Below, in pieces: positions 12,098 through 23,041 of a stretch of 64,000 nucleotides of DNA; positions within the stretch are counted from its first letter, which is position 1, and each line of letters begins with the position of its first letter. Origin of the DNA: an uncultured bacterium (GTDB taxonomy: Bacteria; Krumholzibacteriota; Krumholzibacteriia; LZORAL124-64-63); the NCBI GenBank assembly GCA_963727525.1, contig CAVSGO010000007.1:1408001-1472000 (forward strand). Direction: 5' to 3'. The translations under genes were made by a program, and so were the position numbers. Under the pieces are notes generated by a model. It had not been told where the DNA came from, ran no database searches, and was given only the letters and a program-made list of their open reading frames with translations.

Positions 12098-13258
12098 GTG
12101 CCGTCCGCACCGTCCCCAGCCTCGACCACGCGTCCCCTGCGCCGCGGCCTGCGGGCCCTCGGCTTCATGATCCGCCTCGGCCTCGCGGTGGTCGTCACCC
12201 TGGCCGCCCTCGAGATCGGAGTGCGCCTCCTCGCGCCGGTCGACCGTTTCGAGTACATCCCCAACACTTTCGATCCGGTCTGCCAGATCCGGCAGGAGCC
12301 CCATGCGCGCGGCTTCATCATCTGCCCCGAGTACCGCATGGAGATCCGCACCAACGGCGGCGGGCTGCGCGAGAACCGCGAGATCCCGTACGCCAAGCCG
12401 GCGGGGCAAACCCGGATCCTCTGCCTGGGTGACTCGTTCACCAGCGGCTTCGGCGTGACGCGCGCCGAGACCTTCGCCGGCCTCATCGAGAACGATCTCG
12501 ATGCCGACGTCGACAGCGCGCTCGTCATCGACGCCGGCGTGGCCGGCACCGGTACGGCCCAGCAGCTCGCCTGGTTCGACCTCGAGGGTCGCCGTTACGA
12601 TCCCGACCTCGTGCTGCTCACCCCCTGCGCCAACGACTTTGCCGACAACACGGCGAGCGCCCTCTTCACCCTCGCCGCCGACAGCACGCTCGTCCAGCAT
12701 CCCGCGGTCCAGAGCCGGACGCTCCAGGTCCTGCGCTGGCTGCGGCGCGTGCCGGGCTACACCACATTCTTTGCCCGGTCCCACCTGCTCAACGCCATCA
12801 AGCAGGGTTTCGCCCGCTGGTACCACGAACGTCTCGCCGCGCGCGCGTCCGGCGAGGCGCCGTCGGATGCCGTGCTCACCCATGAGGACAAGCTGACAGA
12901 CGCGCTCCTGCTGCGCCTGCGGGAGCGTTGCGAGCAGCAGGGCGCCGCCCTGGTCGTGATGCCGGTGCCGGCCCTGCCCGGCAGCCGTCCGGCAGAGCAG
13001 CAGGTGGACACGCTCTATCGATTCCTCGCGCAACAGGGCTTCGCCGTGGTGGATCTGCGCGCGGCCTTCGCCGAGGCGCGGGGCCGCGGCGAGGCACTGG
13101 AATATCCGGTCGACGGTCACTGGACACCGGCGGGTCACCGCCTGGCCGCCGCCGAGTTCCTCGCATCTTGTACGACGACCTTGGCCGCCACGCGAGATCG
13201 TGCTACGGTGCCATCGATTCCTGAAGGCCATCACAAGACGAAGGAGCGACCGCGATGA
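12098..13258 (+). CDS. SGNH/GDSL hydrolase (AlgX/AlgJ-like), membrane anchored
   Basis: TM ending ALEIGVR; RILCLGDSFTSG, GVAGTGT, ND, DGHWTPAGH blocks. Confidence 0.88.
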   Translation: MPSAPSPASTTRPLRRGLRALGFMIRLGLAVVVTLAALEIGVRLLAPVDRFEYIPNTFDPVCQIRQEPHARGFIICPEYRMEIRTNGGGLRENREIPYAKPAGQTRILCLGDSFTSGFGVTRAETFAGLIENDLDADVDSALVIDAGVAGTGTAQQLAWFDLEGRRYDPDLVLLTPCANDFADNTASALFTLAADSTLVQHPAVQSRTLQVLRWLRRVPGYTTFFARSHLLNAIKQGFARWYHERLAARASGEAPSDAVLTHEDKLTDALLLRLRERCEQQGAALVVMPVPALPGSRPAEQQVDTLYRFLAQQGFAVVDLRAAFAEARGRGEALEYPVDGHWTPAGHRLAAAEFLASCTTTLAATRDRATVPSIPEGHHKTKERPR

Positions 13259-13626
13259 CCCAACCCCCCTGCTTCGCCATCACCTTCCGCGAGGAACCGT
13301 CGCGGCACGCGCTGGTCTGCGCCCTCGGCGGCAAGCTCATCGGGCGTCCAGACTGCTACGCGTTCTTGCAAGACACACGCCGGCACATCGAAGCGGGTCT
13401 GATCAACGTCATCATCGACTTCTCGGATATCCAGCGCATCGACAGCACGGGCGTCGGCATCCTGGCGTCGATCTACACGAGCGCCAACCGGCGCAGCGGC
13501 CGGGTCTTCATCGTCAATCCCGATGCCCGGGCTCAGGAAGTGATGACCGTGATGCGGCTCTTCGACTTCCTCGAGCCGGCCACTTCGGTCGACGACGCGC
13601 TGGCGCGCGCCCAACCCGGGATCTAG
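13255..13626 (+). CDS. STAS-domain anti-sigma factor antagonist
   Basis: VIIDFSDIQRIDSTGVGIL with conserved Ser; 123 aa. Confidence 0.88.
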   Translation: MTQPPCFAITFREEPSRHALVCALGGKLIGRPDCYAFLQDTRRHIEAGLINVIIDFSDIQRIDSTGVGILASIYTSANRRSGRVFIVNPDARAQEVMTVMRLFDFLEPATSVDDALARAQPGI

Positions 13627-15212
13627 GGCGACGAGGCGCCGGGCTCGGCCGCGTCTTCGGTTGTCTCGCCGCGCGCGTCGTCGTACAGCGACGTGCGCTG
13701 ATCGGGCCGCCGGCGGTAGAGCCATGTGAGATGCCCGAGATGGTTGCGGGCCGGGCTGGTGAACGCGTGGTCCTGCATGCGCCAGCTCCAGTTCCCGCCC
13801 GCGGCGCCCGGCCGGTTCATGCGCCCCTCCTGCCCGAGTCCGAGCACGTCCTGCAGCGGGATCATGCACGTATGCGCCACCGATTGCATGGCGAGACGGA
13901 TGAACGTCCAGTGCGGCTCCTCGTGCACCTGGCCGCCCACGTAGTCGCGCACGGCGCGGCGGGTGTCTTCGTCGGCGGCATCGTGCCACCAGGCCACAGT
14001 GGGGTCGTTGTCGTGCGTGCCCGTGTAGACGATGCAGTTGGACGGGTAATTGTGCGGCTGGAAGGGGCTCTTCGGCCCGCTCCAGGCGAATTGCAGCACC
14101 TTCATCCCGGGTAGCGCGAAGGTGTCGCGCAGATCCTCCACCGACTCGGTGATTACGCCGAGATCCTCGGCCACGATGGGGAGCCCGCCGAGCTGGCGCT
14201 GCAGCGCCGCGAAGAAGTCGGAGCCCGGCCCGGCGACCCAGCGGCCGGACACCGCCGTCGGCGCCGACGCGGGAATCTCCCAGTAGGCGTCGAAGCCGCG
14301 GAAGTGGTCGATGCGCACGACGTCGGTCTGACGCAGGCAGGCCGACACGCGCTTCACCCACCAGGCGTAGTCCTCGTCGGCCATGGCGCGCCAGTCGTAC
14401 AGCGGATTGCCCCAGAGCTGGCCCGTGGCACTGAAGTAGTCGGGCGGCACGCCGGCCACCACCGTGGGCCGTCCCTGCGGATCGAGGTGGAAGAGATCCG
14501 GACGCGCCCACACGTCGCAAGAATCGTGGGCCACGAAGATGGGCAGATCGCCCAGCAGACGGATGTCGTGCGCGGCGCAATAGGCGCGCAACTCCTGCCA
14601 CTGGCGGTGGAAGAGCCACTGCCGGAAAGCGTGGGCGTCGATACGGTCGTCGAGGCGGGTGCGCGCCTCCGCGAGCGCGGCCCGGTCGCGCTTGGCCAGC
14701 ACCGGCGGCCACTCCACCCAGGGCTTGCCGCCCTGGTCCTCCTTCAAGGCCACGAAGAGGGTGAAATCGGCGAGCCACTCGCCCTCCTCCCGCACCCACC
14801 TCTGCCAGGCGTGGCGGTCGTCGGCGCTCGCGTCCGCGGCGAAGCGGCGCCACGCGAGGTCGAGCTTGGCGTTCTTCCAGGGGATCACTCGCCCGAAGTC
14901 GACGCGGTCGGGCTCGCCGCCCGGCGTATCGCTCAGATCGTCGGCCTCGAGCCAGCCCGTCGCCACGAGGGCGTCGAGGCTGATGAGCAACGGGTTGCCG
15001 GCCAGGGCAGACAGGGTCTGGTACGGCGAATCGCCGAAGCTCGTGGGCCCCAGCGGCAGCACCTGCCACACGCTCTGCCCCGCCTCCTGCAGCCAGTCGG
15101 CGAAGCGGCGCGCCGCCGCCCCGAGATCGCCGATGCCCTGCCCCCCCGGCAAACTCGTGGGGTGCAGGATGATGCCGCTGCTGCGGGGAAAAAGGTCGCG
15201 CGTATCCGTCAT
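13623..15212 (-). CDS. malQ: 4-alpha-glucanotransferase (GH77)
   Basis: GIILHPTSLP, WQVLPLGPT, GDLPIFV, AGVPPDYFSATGQLWGNP, RIDHFRG, AEDLG, YTGTHDN. Confidence 0.96.
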   Translation of the reverse strand: MTDTRDLFPRSSGIILHPTSLPGGQGIGDLGAAARRFADWLQEAGQSVWQVLPLGPTSFGDSPYQTLSALAGNPLLISLDALVATGWLEADDLSDTPGGEPDRVDFGRVIPWKNAKLDLAWRRFAADASADDRHAWQRWVREEGEWLADFTLFVALKEDQGGKPWVEWPPVLAKRDRAALAEARTRLDDRIDAHAFRQWLFHRQWQELRAYCAAHDIRLLGDLPIFVAHDSCDVWARPDLFHLDPQGRPTVVAGVPPDYFSATGQLWGNPLYDWRAMADEDYAWWVKRVSACLRQTDVVRIDHFRGFDAYWEIPASAPTAVSGRWVAGPGSDFFAALQRQLGGLPIVAEDLGVITESVEDLRDTFALPGMKVLQFAWSGPKSPFQPHNYPSNCIVYTGTHDNDPTVAWWHDAADEDTRRAVRDYVGGQVHEEPHWTFIRLAMQSVAHTCMIPLQDVLGLGQEGRMNRPGAAGGNWSWRMQDHAFTSPARNHLGHLTWLYRRRPDQRTSLYDDARGETTEDAAEPGASSP

Positions 15213-15401
15213 CGTCCATCCCATCGCCGTCGGTTCAGCCCGGAGCAACCCCTACCGGGCTCCCTGGCACCATACCTACCGCAAGCACGGACAGATGGCC
15301 AGTGGAACCGCGCGAGGCGAGCCCATGACCGCCGACCCCTCTTTTGCTGGTCGCCTTCCCTAGCAAGGTCGATGCGCTGTTCAGGCCGGGATACCTCGGA
15401 T

Positions 15402-15941
15402 CTAGCTGCGACCCAGGCTGCGCCACAGCGCCAGCAAGAAGAGCCCCAGTGTGAGACCCATGCCGGCATGGATGACACCATACACGCCGTAGCGCAAAGG
15501 CGAAGCGCCGCCGAGGAAGGCAGCGTCGACGGTGGCGAGGTCGGTCTGGCCGTGGCGCACGGCGAGGAGGATGTGGTAGCCCTTCACGAGTTGCAGGGCG
15601 ACGGTGGCGGCGGTGAAGGGGAGGTAGCCGCGGACGAGCGCCTGCAATCCCCACGCCGGCACCTCGGCGCTGCCCGTGCGCCACGCCAGGCCCAGTGCGC
15701 TGGCGAGGACCAGCGGTAATATCACCGCCATCACGAAGATGTGGCCGTGGACGAGGGCGAGCGTGATGATGGACTCGAGGTGCAGGCCGGCACCCGCGGC
15801 CGCGAACGGTAGCTTGCGCGCCGACTCCTGGAACGAGATGCCCACCAGCAGGCCGATCACGGCCATCACGATGGCGTAGCGGATCAGCGTGCGCAACGGC
15901 GCACGGTAAGCTTCGGGCAGGCGGTCGCGATCAGCGGACAT
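15402..15941 (-). CDS. DUF2871-like membrane protein
   Basis: Four TM helices, LALVHGHIF motif, late His in last helix. Confidence 0.55.
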   Translation of the reverse strand: MSADRDRLPEAYRAPLRTLIRYAIVMAVIGLLVGISFQESARKLPFAAAGAGLHLESIITLALVHGHIFVMAVILPLVLASALGLAWRTGSAEVPAWGLQALVRGYLPFTAATVALQLVKGYHILLAVRHGQTDLATVDAAFLGGASPLRYGVYGVIHAGMGLTLGLFLLALWRSLGRS

Positions 15942-15998
15942 TGGCGCAGCTCCCGGGGGACCGAGGGATCGTGTTCAGAGCTGCGCCAATGTATCACG

Positions 15999-17150
15999 CT
16001 ACGAGCGCGCGTGCCAGGCGGCGAGCAGTTCCGCCTCGCGCTCCGGCTTCAGGCCAGCGCGCGCCAGACCGAAGCGTTCCTGGTCCGCGGCCGACAGTGT
16101 GGCCCACCAGTCGAGGGCGTCGCGCACCGTCTCGCTGAGAGGGCGGAAGCGCATACCGGCGCCGAGCGCCCGGCCGACCTCCACGAAGGGCTGGCCGCCG
16201 TCCTCGCTGTCGAGGGGGATCCACACGGGCATGTCGGTCCAGGCCGAGACGCCGTGCTCTTTCAGGAAGTCGGCGCTGACCCAGGTGAAGGTGGCGTCGC
16301 TCCCCGACACCGCCTTGCAGGTATCCATGATCTCGCCCATCGTCATCTCGTTGGGCGGCGACGTGGCGTTGAAGGTGCCGTTGATGTTCTGCTCCGCGCA
16401 GTGGACGATGAAGTCGCCGAGGTCGCGCACGTCGATGATCTCCGTGGGCACCTGGGGGCTGTCGGGCGCCAGCACCTCACCACCCTTGCTCACGCGCACG
16501 GGCCAGTAGGTGAAGCGGCCACTGCGGTCGCGAGGGCCGACGATCAGGCCGGGTCGGATGGCGCAGGTCCGGTCCGGCATGATCTTCGCGGCGGCCTGCT
16601 CGCACAGCGCCTTCAGAGGACCGTAGTTGGCGCCGGTGATGTCGCGCACGGAACTGACCGCGGCCACCTCGTCCGGGGTGATCGTACCCACCGGTGATGA
16701 TTCGTCGATGCCGCGCCGGCTGAAATCCGCGTACACGGAGATCGAGGAGATGATGATGTACTGCTTCACGTGGTCGGCGAGGAGGCCTGCGGAAGCCTCC
16801 ACCACCCGCGGGTAATATGCGCTCGTATCCACCACCACGTCCCAGTCGCGGCCGCTGAGCGCGGCGATGTCGCCGTCGCGGTCGCCCCGCAACTTCTCGA
16901 GATCGGGGAACAGATCGGCGTTGGTCTTGCCGCGGTTGAAGAGCGTGACGTGGTGTCCGCGGCGGCGGGCCGTCTCCACGACGGCGGGGCCGAGGAAGGC
17001 CGTGCCGCCGAGGATCAGGAAGCGCAGGTGGTGGTCGGCGCGGGTGTGGACGAAGTCGGCGCGGGCGCGCGTCGACAGCAGCGGGCCGGCGGCTGCGGCC
17101 GCGCCGGCGGCGACGGCCGTCTTGAGAAAGTCGCGTCGGTTCCAGGTCAT
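15999..17150 (-). CDS. Tat-exported NAD-dependent epimerase/dehydratase (isoflavone reductase-like SDR)
   Basis: NRRDFLK twin-arginine signal; ILGGTAFLG, FNRGKT, SSISVY, YGPLK, RPGLIVGP. Confidence 0.88.
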   Translation of the reverse strand: MTWNRRDFLKTAVAAGAAAAAGPLLSTRARADFVHTRADHHLRFLILGGTAFLGPAVVETARRRGHHVTLFNRGKTNADLFPDLEKLRGDRDGDIAALSGRDWDVVVDTSAYYPRVVEASAGLLADHVKQYIIISSISVYADFSRRGIDESSPVGTITPDEVAAVSSVRDITGANYGPLKALCEQAAAKIMPDRTCAIRPGLIVGPRDRSGRFTYWPVRVSKGGEVLAPDSPQVPTEIIDVRDLGDFIVHCAEQNINGTFNATSPPNEMTMGEIMDTCKAVSGSDATFTWVSADFLKEHGVSAWTDMPVWIPLDSEDGGQPFVEVGRALGAGMRFRPLSETVRDALDWWATLSAADQERFGLARAGLKPEREAELLAAWHARS

Positions 17151-17199
17151 GATCTCTCTCCCGTATCGAGGGTCGGCGCCGTGACGTCAGACGGCGATG

Positions 17200-19057
17200 T
17201 TACGCGTCGAGACGCGCGACGGTTTCCGTCAATCCCGGCAACGGCGGCGGCGCGCCGGGGATGGTCGGATCGATCGCTGCCGCCGCCCCCAGCAGCGCGC
17301 GCAGATGGCGCACGCCGGTCGGCATGGCGTCGCGATACTGGCGCTTGCCGCGCACGTGCGTGAGGAAGCCGAACGCCCCCAGCGCCTGCATCACGCGCTG
17401 CAGCCCCGCCGTCACGCACCACGCGCGCCAGGTGGCCGCGTCGGGCGCGGGGTATCCTCGTTGCTGCAATCGCCGGGGATGGCCGGCGGCGAGGTGTTCG
17501 CGCAGGTCGTCGGGCAGAGCGACGTAGCTGTCGCGCAGCAACGCCATCACATCGTACGCGAGCGGCCCCAGGCGCATACCCTGCACGTCGACCAGGCGAA
17601 TCGTGCCATCTTGCACAAGGATGTTCTGCGCCTGGTAGTCGCGGTGCACCAGCACTTGCGGCTGGGCCAGGGCGGCGCTGGCGAGGGCCTCGAACTCGGC
17701 GTCGAGATAGGCGACTGCAGACTCCCCCAGGCCGGCGTGGCCGATGAGGAAGCGCGCCCGGAAATAATCGGTCTCCCAGCGGAGATAGGAATGGTCGAAG
17801 ACACGGTCGCTGCAGCATGGGCAATCATTGCGCGCCGCCGTCCCGCGCGTCTGGAGATCGGCCAGGACGTCGAGCGCTCGCCCATAGACCTCGGCGCGGT
17901 CTTGCGGGCGCGAGCGCGCGATGGCCACCAGCGTGTCGTCGCCAAGATCCTCGCTCACGAGCACGCCCTGCGCCTCGTCGACGGCCAGCACCGCCGCGGC
18001 GCCCAGGTCGTGCGCGTGCAGGAAGCGCGCGACCGCCGCGCTGCGCCGGATCTCGTCGCTCCCTGGCTCGTCGCGCATGACCATGGCGCGGCGATCAAGG
18101 TCGACGATGCGCCAGAAACGGCGCGGCGAACCGTGGCCGGTGAGCGGCACCACGCGACTGTGCGGCGCGAAGCCCAGGGCGCGCACTGGTGCCGGCGCCA
18201 GCGCGAGGTTCTGGTCCTCGTCCACCTGCCAGTCCGGGCCGAGCACGGCGCGTTCGGCCTGTGCGTTCGCCGGCACGGCCGCGCCCGGTAGCACGACGCA
18301 AGCCCGCAGACGCGCACCCGCGGCGACCTGCGCGCTCTCTCCGCAACTGACGAAATCCGGTCCGAGCGCGGCGGCATGGGCGTCGAGATAGCGGGTGAGC
18401 GTGCCCAGATCCATCCAGGCGCCGACATGGACCAAGCCCCGGACACGCGCAGGATCGCGCTGCATGGCGCTCACGAGGGCCGCCACGAGATCCGATGGTC
18501 CCGCAGGCACGAGATCGAGGAAGGCACGCGCGAGTGCGGCCACGCCCGTGTAGGTGAGAGAGCGATCGTCGCCGCACGCCGGCACGTCGCACCGTCCGGC
18601 GATGCCGCGTATCGTGCCGTCCGCACCGAGGACGACGGTGTTTACCTGTGGCCAGTCCGTGAGCACGAGCGTCGCCAGCGCACCGCTTTGGCGATGGGTC
18701 GCCAGGAGCGCCGACACGTCGATGTCGCTGGCCACGTCGCCGTTGGAGAGCAGGATGGTGTCGGCAGCGGCGAGATGCACGCGCGCGCCCGCGAGGGCGC
18801 CGCCCGTGCCGAGGATCTGCGGCTCGCGGCTCACGACGAGGCGGGGGTCATCGCGCGCCGCCACGTGCTCCGCCACCTGGTCGGCGAGATGATGCGCGTT
18901 CACGACGCAGCGCGCGCAGCCCGCGGCGAGGAGCGCATCGACCGCGCGGTCGAGCAGGGTGCGGCCCAGCAACGGCAACAGCGGCTTGGGCAGGTGGGCC
19001 GTGAGTGGCCACAGGCGCGCGCCGTGACCGGCGGCGAGCACCAGACCGTGCACGCGC

Positions 19058-19065
<8 letters not shown>
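17200..19065 (-). CDS. Fused MurU-like nucleotidyltransferase / AmgK-like anomeric sugar kinase
   Basis: N-half LAAGHGARLWPLT..PKPL, NAHHLA, GTGG, NGD, WMDLGT; C-half GSPRRFWR, EDLGD, LVHRDYQAQNI, DVQGMRLGP, LQRVMQALGAF. Confidence 0.82.
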
Positions 19066-20239
<1,174 letters not shown>

Positions 20240-20258
20240 GGTGGGTCTCCTGCGGCGA

Positions 20259-20279
20259 GGCCGAGCGCCCGGCTCAGCC
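20259..20279 (-). promoter_or_regulatory. Candidate bacterial SECIS hairpin
   Basis: mRNA GGCUGAGC-CGGGC-GCUCGGCC, 8-bp stem with one G-U; loop begins 29 nt after the UGA and has G at loop position 2. Confidence 0.5.
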
Positions 20280-20588
20280 GAAATAATCAATCTTGCAGCC
20301 TCAGCCGTCCCACATGCGTTCGTAGGCGGCGAGGCGCTCGCGGACGAAGTTGCGCCCGGCCGCGCCGTCGGCGAGCGGCCGGATCACGCGCTCGCCCGGT
20401 CGGGGGCACTCCACGGCCGCCCAGCTCGCGTCGTCGCGTACGATGAGCAACGGACCGGCGAGGCCGGTGTCATGCGTGGCCGCCACCGGGAACGACGCCG
20501 CCAGCGCCTGCCACTGCGCCTCGGCAAGACGCACGATCTCCCCACGCCCGAGGCGCCGGCGCACCGTGGCCAGCGTGGGCGCGCTCAT
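20274..20588 (-). CDS. Small hypothetical protein, candidate selenoprotein (UGA at 20301-20303 read as Sec)
   Basis: ORF ...YERMWDG-TGA continues in frame as GCKIDYFG-TGA; hairpin downstream of the UGA. Without read-through the CDS is 20301-20588. Confidence 0.65.
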
Positions 20589-21742
20589 GGCGCACCGCCC
20601 GCGGCGAGGGTCTCCACCGCCAGCGCCACGTTGTCCCACGAATACCGTGCCTTCTCGCGCGCCACCGCCGCGGCGAAGGCCGTGGCGTGCTGCTCGTCGA
20701 AGAAGCGCACCACCGCCTGCGCCAGGGCGCCGGCATCGCCTGGCGGCACGATGAATCCCGTCTCGCCGTCCTTGACCACTTCGGGCAATCCGCCCACGCG
20801 CGTGGTGACGACGGGCCGGTCGTAGTTATAGGCGATCTGTACGATACCGCTCTGCGTGGCCGATACGTAGGGCAGCACCACGAGGTCCGCGGCCTGGAAG
20901 TAGTCCTCGATCTGGTCGTCGGGCACGTAGCGGTCGACCAGGTCGATCACGTCGGCCGCCCCGCTGGCCGCGATCCTCTCGCGATACGGCAGGGCATCGC
21001 CGTAGATATCGCCCACGATGAGCACGCGCACGCCATCGCGCCCATAGCGCGCGCGCAGCAGCGGCGCGGCATCGATGAGATGGGGCACGCCCTTGTACGG
21101 CTTGATGAACCCGAAATACAGCACGATGTGTGCGTCGTGCGGCAACCCGAGAGCCGCGCGCGCCTCGGTGCGGCTCTTGCGCGGCCGCCCGGGCACGCCG
21201 AAGTCGTACACGGGGTGCGGCGCCGTGATCACCGCCCCGGGCGCCGTACGGGGTAACAGCGCCAGCAATTCCTGCCGCACCTGCTCGCTCTGTGCCACGA
21301 AGCCATGGCTGCGTCTCAGGGCTTCCCGCGTGAAGTACCGCCCGAGCGGATAGGACTCGTGCGGCACCACGTTGTGCAGGATCGTGACCACCCGCGCCCG
21401 CTTGCGCACGCGCTGCAGTACCCCGATGTAGCCTGGCGCGAAGAACGGGATCCAGTACTGCAGGAGCACCGCGTCGGGATGCCAGTCGATGATGTCCTGC
21501 GCCGTCTGCCACCAGCTCAGCGGCGACCACGGCACGAACCGCGGCTGATTGGGCCGCTGCAACCAATGCGCCGTCTGCCCGCGCTGGTCGGTCCCGGGAA
21601 AGAGGAACCGTGGATACTGCTTGCAGAAACTCGACCAGAACAGCTCGTGGCCGCGCCCCTCGAGCGTCCGGTACAGCATCGCTTGATGCGTGACGATCCC
21701 GCCCCGAAACGGCGGCGCGGGTCCCAGCATGGCCAGACGCAT
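20585..21742 (-). CDS. Glycosyltransferase family 4
   Basis: GPAPPFRGGI, LHNVVPHE, FGFIKPYKG, VVLPYVSATQSG, TTRVGGLPEVV; GGAGG RBS. Confidence 0.92.
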   Translation of the reverse strand: MRLAMLGPAPPFRGGIVTHQAMLYRTLEGRGHELFWSSFCKQYPRFLFPGTDQRGQTAHWLQRPNQPRFVPWSPLSWWQTAQDIIDWHPDAVLLQYWIPFFAPGYIGVLQRVRKRARVVTILHNVVPHESYPLGRYFTREALRRSHGFVAQSEQVRQELLALLPRTAPGAVITAPHPVYDFGVPGRPRKSRTEARAALGLPHDAHIVLYFGFIKPYKGVPHLIDAAPLLRARYGRDGVRVLIVGDIYGDALPYRERIAASGAADVIDLVDRYVPDDQIEDYFQAADLVVLPYVSATQSGIVQIAYNYDRPVVTTRVGGLPEVVKDGETGFIVPPGDAGALAQAVVRFFDEQHATAFAAAVAREKARYSWDNVALAVETLAAGGAP

Positions 21743-21939
21743 GTCCACCTCCGCGCATCCTTCTGCGCCCCAGCAAGGTACCGCATCGCTCACGCCCCGC
21801 CAAGCTCGGGGGCCACCTCGACGATGTCGAGATGGGGAGGCGTCACGTCGGTTGCAGATTCGATAATGGTGCGATATGCTCCCGTTTCATTGGCGCGCCC
21901 TCGCATCGTCGAGGCGCAGCACCCGTGAAAGGACGATCC

Positions 21940-22947
21940 ATGCGGAAAGACAGGAACCAGGCATCCGACGCCCGGTCCGTGGCGGTGGGCCGAACTCCGG
22001 GCCCGCTCGGAATGGGCGATCGCGGCGCCGCTCGTGGACGCGATGCCCAGGCGCCCGCGAATCGCTCTGCATCCGACGTCGAACATCGGCACCACTTCCG
22101 CTACTGGTCCCCGGTCGAAAAATCGCAGGGCTTCGACCAGGGATCGATGCGCCGGAGCCAGTGGCAACTCGTGCCTCTTGGGAGTTCTCGCGAGGTCGAA
22201 CTCTGGTTCGATCGCGTGCGTGAGAAGGTCGTGTTCAGCGCCGATCCGGACGTGGTCTCCGTCTCGGAGGATGGCGATCGGTATGTCCTGCGCGGTCAGC
22301 GAGAGGGGACGTCGAGCATCCACGCCGCGAATCGGCGCGGTATCTGCTGGAGCGCCCTGCTCGTCACCGTGCGCCAGAGGCTCCGGGCGCCGATCGCGTT
22401 CCACTTCCTCCAGGATCGCTCGCGGCAGACGAGGCGGACGCCGGGCGAGGTGGCGCCGATGCTTGCGCGGGTGAACGAGATCCTGGTCCCGCAGACGTGC
22501 GTGTCATTCGCACAGCAGCCCGTCGGGGCCCCCCGCTTTCATGTCGACGCGGATCTGGGCGATGCGCTGGATCCCGAGGCGCCGGAGATCGCCACGCTCT
22601 GCGCCGCGCGTATCGCCAAGCTCCAGACATTCGGCGCCGTAAACGTGTTCTTCGTCTGGCGGGTCCAGTCGATCGGTTCCGACGCCGTCGGCGCCCAGAC
22701 CCTGGACAACGGTATCTGCTTCTTCGGCGATGGCGGCGGCAAGAATACGGGTCGGCGACTGGCGCACGAACTCGGCCACCATCTCACGAAGTTCGACCGC
22801 ACCGCCCTCTACGGCGATGACGAGGGTCACGCGAAGGATCCGGGCGCGCTCATGGATCCCCTCGCCACCGGGACCGCGATCTCGCGCGCCGAAGCCGACG
22901 TCATGTACCGTACGGCCAGGGAGACCGGAGCGAATCCGGTAAGGTGA
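21940..22947 (+). CDS. Putative metzincin-like zinc metalloprotease
   Basis: LAHELGHHL (HExxH), later EGH and ALMDP Met-turn; AAAGGA RBS. Confidence 0.6.
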   Translation: MRKDRNQASDARSVAVGRTPGPLGMGDRGAARGRDAQAPANRSASDVEHRHHFRYWSPVEKSQGFDQGSMRRSQWQLVPLGSSREVELWFDRVREKVVFSADPDVVSVSEDGDRYVLRGQREGTSSIHAANRRGICWSALLVTVRQRLRAPIAFHFLQDRSRQTRRTPGEVAPMLARVNEILVPQTCVSFAQQPVGAPRFHVDADLGDALDPEAPEIATLCAARIAKLQTFGAVNVFFVWRVQSIGSDAVGAQTLDNGICFFGDGGGKNTGRRLAHELGHHLTKFDRTALYGDDEGHAKDPGALMDPLATGTAISRAEADVMYRTARETGANPVR

Positions 22948-23041
22948 CTCCGTTTTCGTGACTTCCCCCCCGCGTCCTGGTCCCGTAACGTATCCAGGTA
23001 CGCTCGCCAAGCTCAGCGCCGCATCTGACCGGGAGGCTCTC

